In this document: positions 63,047-64,000 of the stretch, piece after piece
Layout of the letters: every line of letters starts with the position of its first letter
How positions within the stretch are numbered: the first letter of the stretch is position 1
Assembly (NCBI GenBank): GCA_965113315.1
Contig: OZ220370.1
Strand: one strand, 5' to 3'
DNA length: 64,000 nucleotides
Origin: Podarcis vaucheri
Lineage: Eukaryota
Program-made: the position numbers and the translations under genes
Notes under the pieces: model-generated
The model's input: the letters and a program-made list of their open reading frames with translations, nothing else
Databases searched by the model: none
What the model was told of the DNA's origin: nothing

Positions 63047-64000
63047 TAGGAGAGGCACAAATCTTTGAAGACTTGCTTATATATATAATGCCAAATTAAG
63101 TCTTAATTTTATGAAGCTTTTTCTGTAACTGCTCACCACTTTTAATTACTGCAACGCCCCCACCCCAGAAAAAGAAAAATTGCTCTTGTTTAGGTAGAGG
63201 GAATGGAAATTTCACCAAAGTGTTTAGGGGAGTTTTCATTTACCTTTCTTTACTTTATGAGGTGGTTGAAGGTTCTCAACCCCTTTCTTCTTGCTTTTTC
63301 ACATTTTTTTTAAAAAATTGCACACCGCTAGCAGTAGTGCAAGGCTCTCTTTGCCACTTCCCATCAGCTGCACTTCCTGGAATGCCTTGGGGAGGTGATG
63401 CTACATCATTTCATGTATCATCTATGGCACTGCAGGAAGTGTGTTCAGAGGGAATTGTCACAATGCACTCTCCAGTTTCTTGCAGGAGGCACTTCTTGGA
63501 ATGCCTTGGGAATGGCACAACCCTATGTTGCATTCCATCACTCCCAAAAAATGCAGCCGCTGAGAAGCTGTAGAGAGAGAGCCTCACACCACTGTGACCA
63601 GTGTGGGGTTGTTGTTTTAAGTTCAAAAACAAGAATAAAAAGAGAAAACTCTAGGCCTCCTAAGTGTAAGATAATCAGCAATCCCCTTCCCCCATCAATG
63701 CAAATGCAAATAATTTTCTCCCATTTTTAATATAGGAACAGACACTAATTTGTTAGTCCGCTATAATGTTGGCAACATCTGAGGACACCTGAAACTTAAA
63801 AATAACATCACCATTCATATATATTACTGTACACCTTGCACATAGAGCTATTTGTCCTGGAAAATAATGGTAATTGAATAGCAGCAATATAGTCCTGTAA
63901 CGTTGAATCAAATAACCTCTGCATAAGCAGCAGAAAAAAAAATCATGATAAAAGCAGAATGATCACAACTCTAGTGTGAAGCACCTGCATTTTCTCACTG

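Noticed and set aside
57826-64000. Search for Pcdhg constant exons, C-type exons or another CSE
   Set aside because: No QAPPNTDWRFSQ-like coding sequence and no GTGTC(G/A)CTGTT element seen. They presumably lie downstream of the window.

Overview
Vertebrate genomic DNA covering part of the variable region of a clustered protocadherin-gamma (Pcdhg) locus. The repeats (BovB/RTE, CR1, L2, Rex1/Babar LINEs; TA-target MITEs) point to a squamate reptile. There are ten tandem ~2.4-kb variable exons, all on +, each encoding six cadherin repeats, a TM segment and a short cytoplasmic stub (with a signal peptide where the 5' end is in the window) and ending in a phase-0 GTGAG splice donor. The order is gA(5'-partial), gA, gB, gB, gA, gB, gA, gB, gA, gB, labelled here A1, A2, B1, B2, A3, B3, A4, B4, A5, B5 (my labels, not orthology calls). 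The nine exons whose promoters lie in the window each have a CSE/CTCF site ~190-240 bp upstream of the ATG. No constant exons are visible. Most of the window is a young array of B-A tandem duplications with chimeric genes, patchwork gene conversion, independent spacer deletions and copy-specific transposon insertions, several with matching empty sites in paralogs. Main observations: 8 of 9 CSEs have CACT instead of the canonical CpG-containing CGCT; A3-A5 look like A1/A2 hybrids; A2-A5 share a 7-aa deletion in the gA cytoplasmic segment. I see no wholly new gene system; the novelty is in how this known neuronal-barcode locus is regulated and diversified. All comparisons were made by eye, with no database searches.
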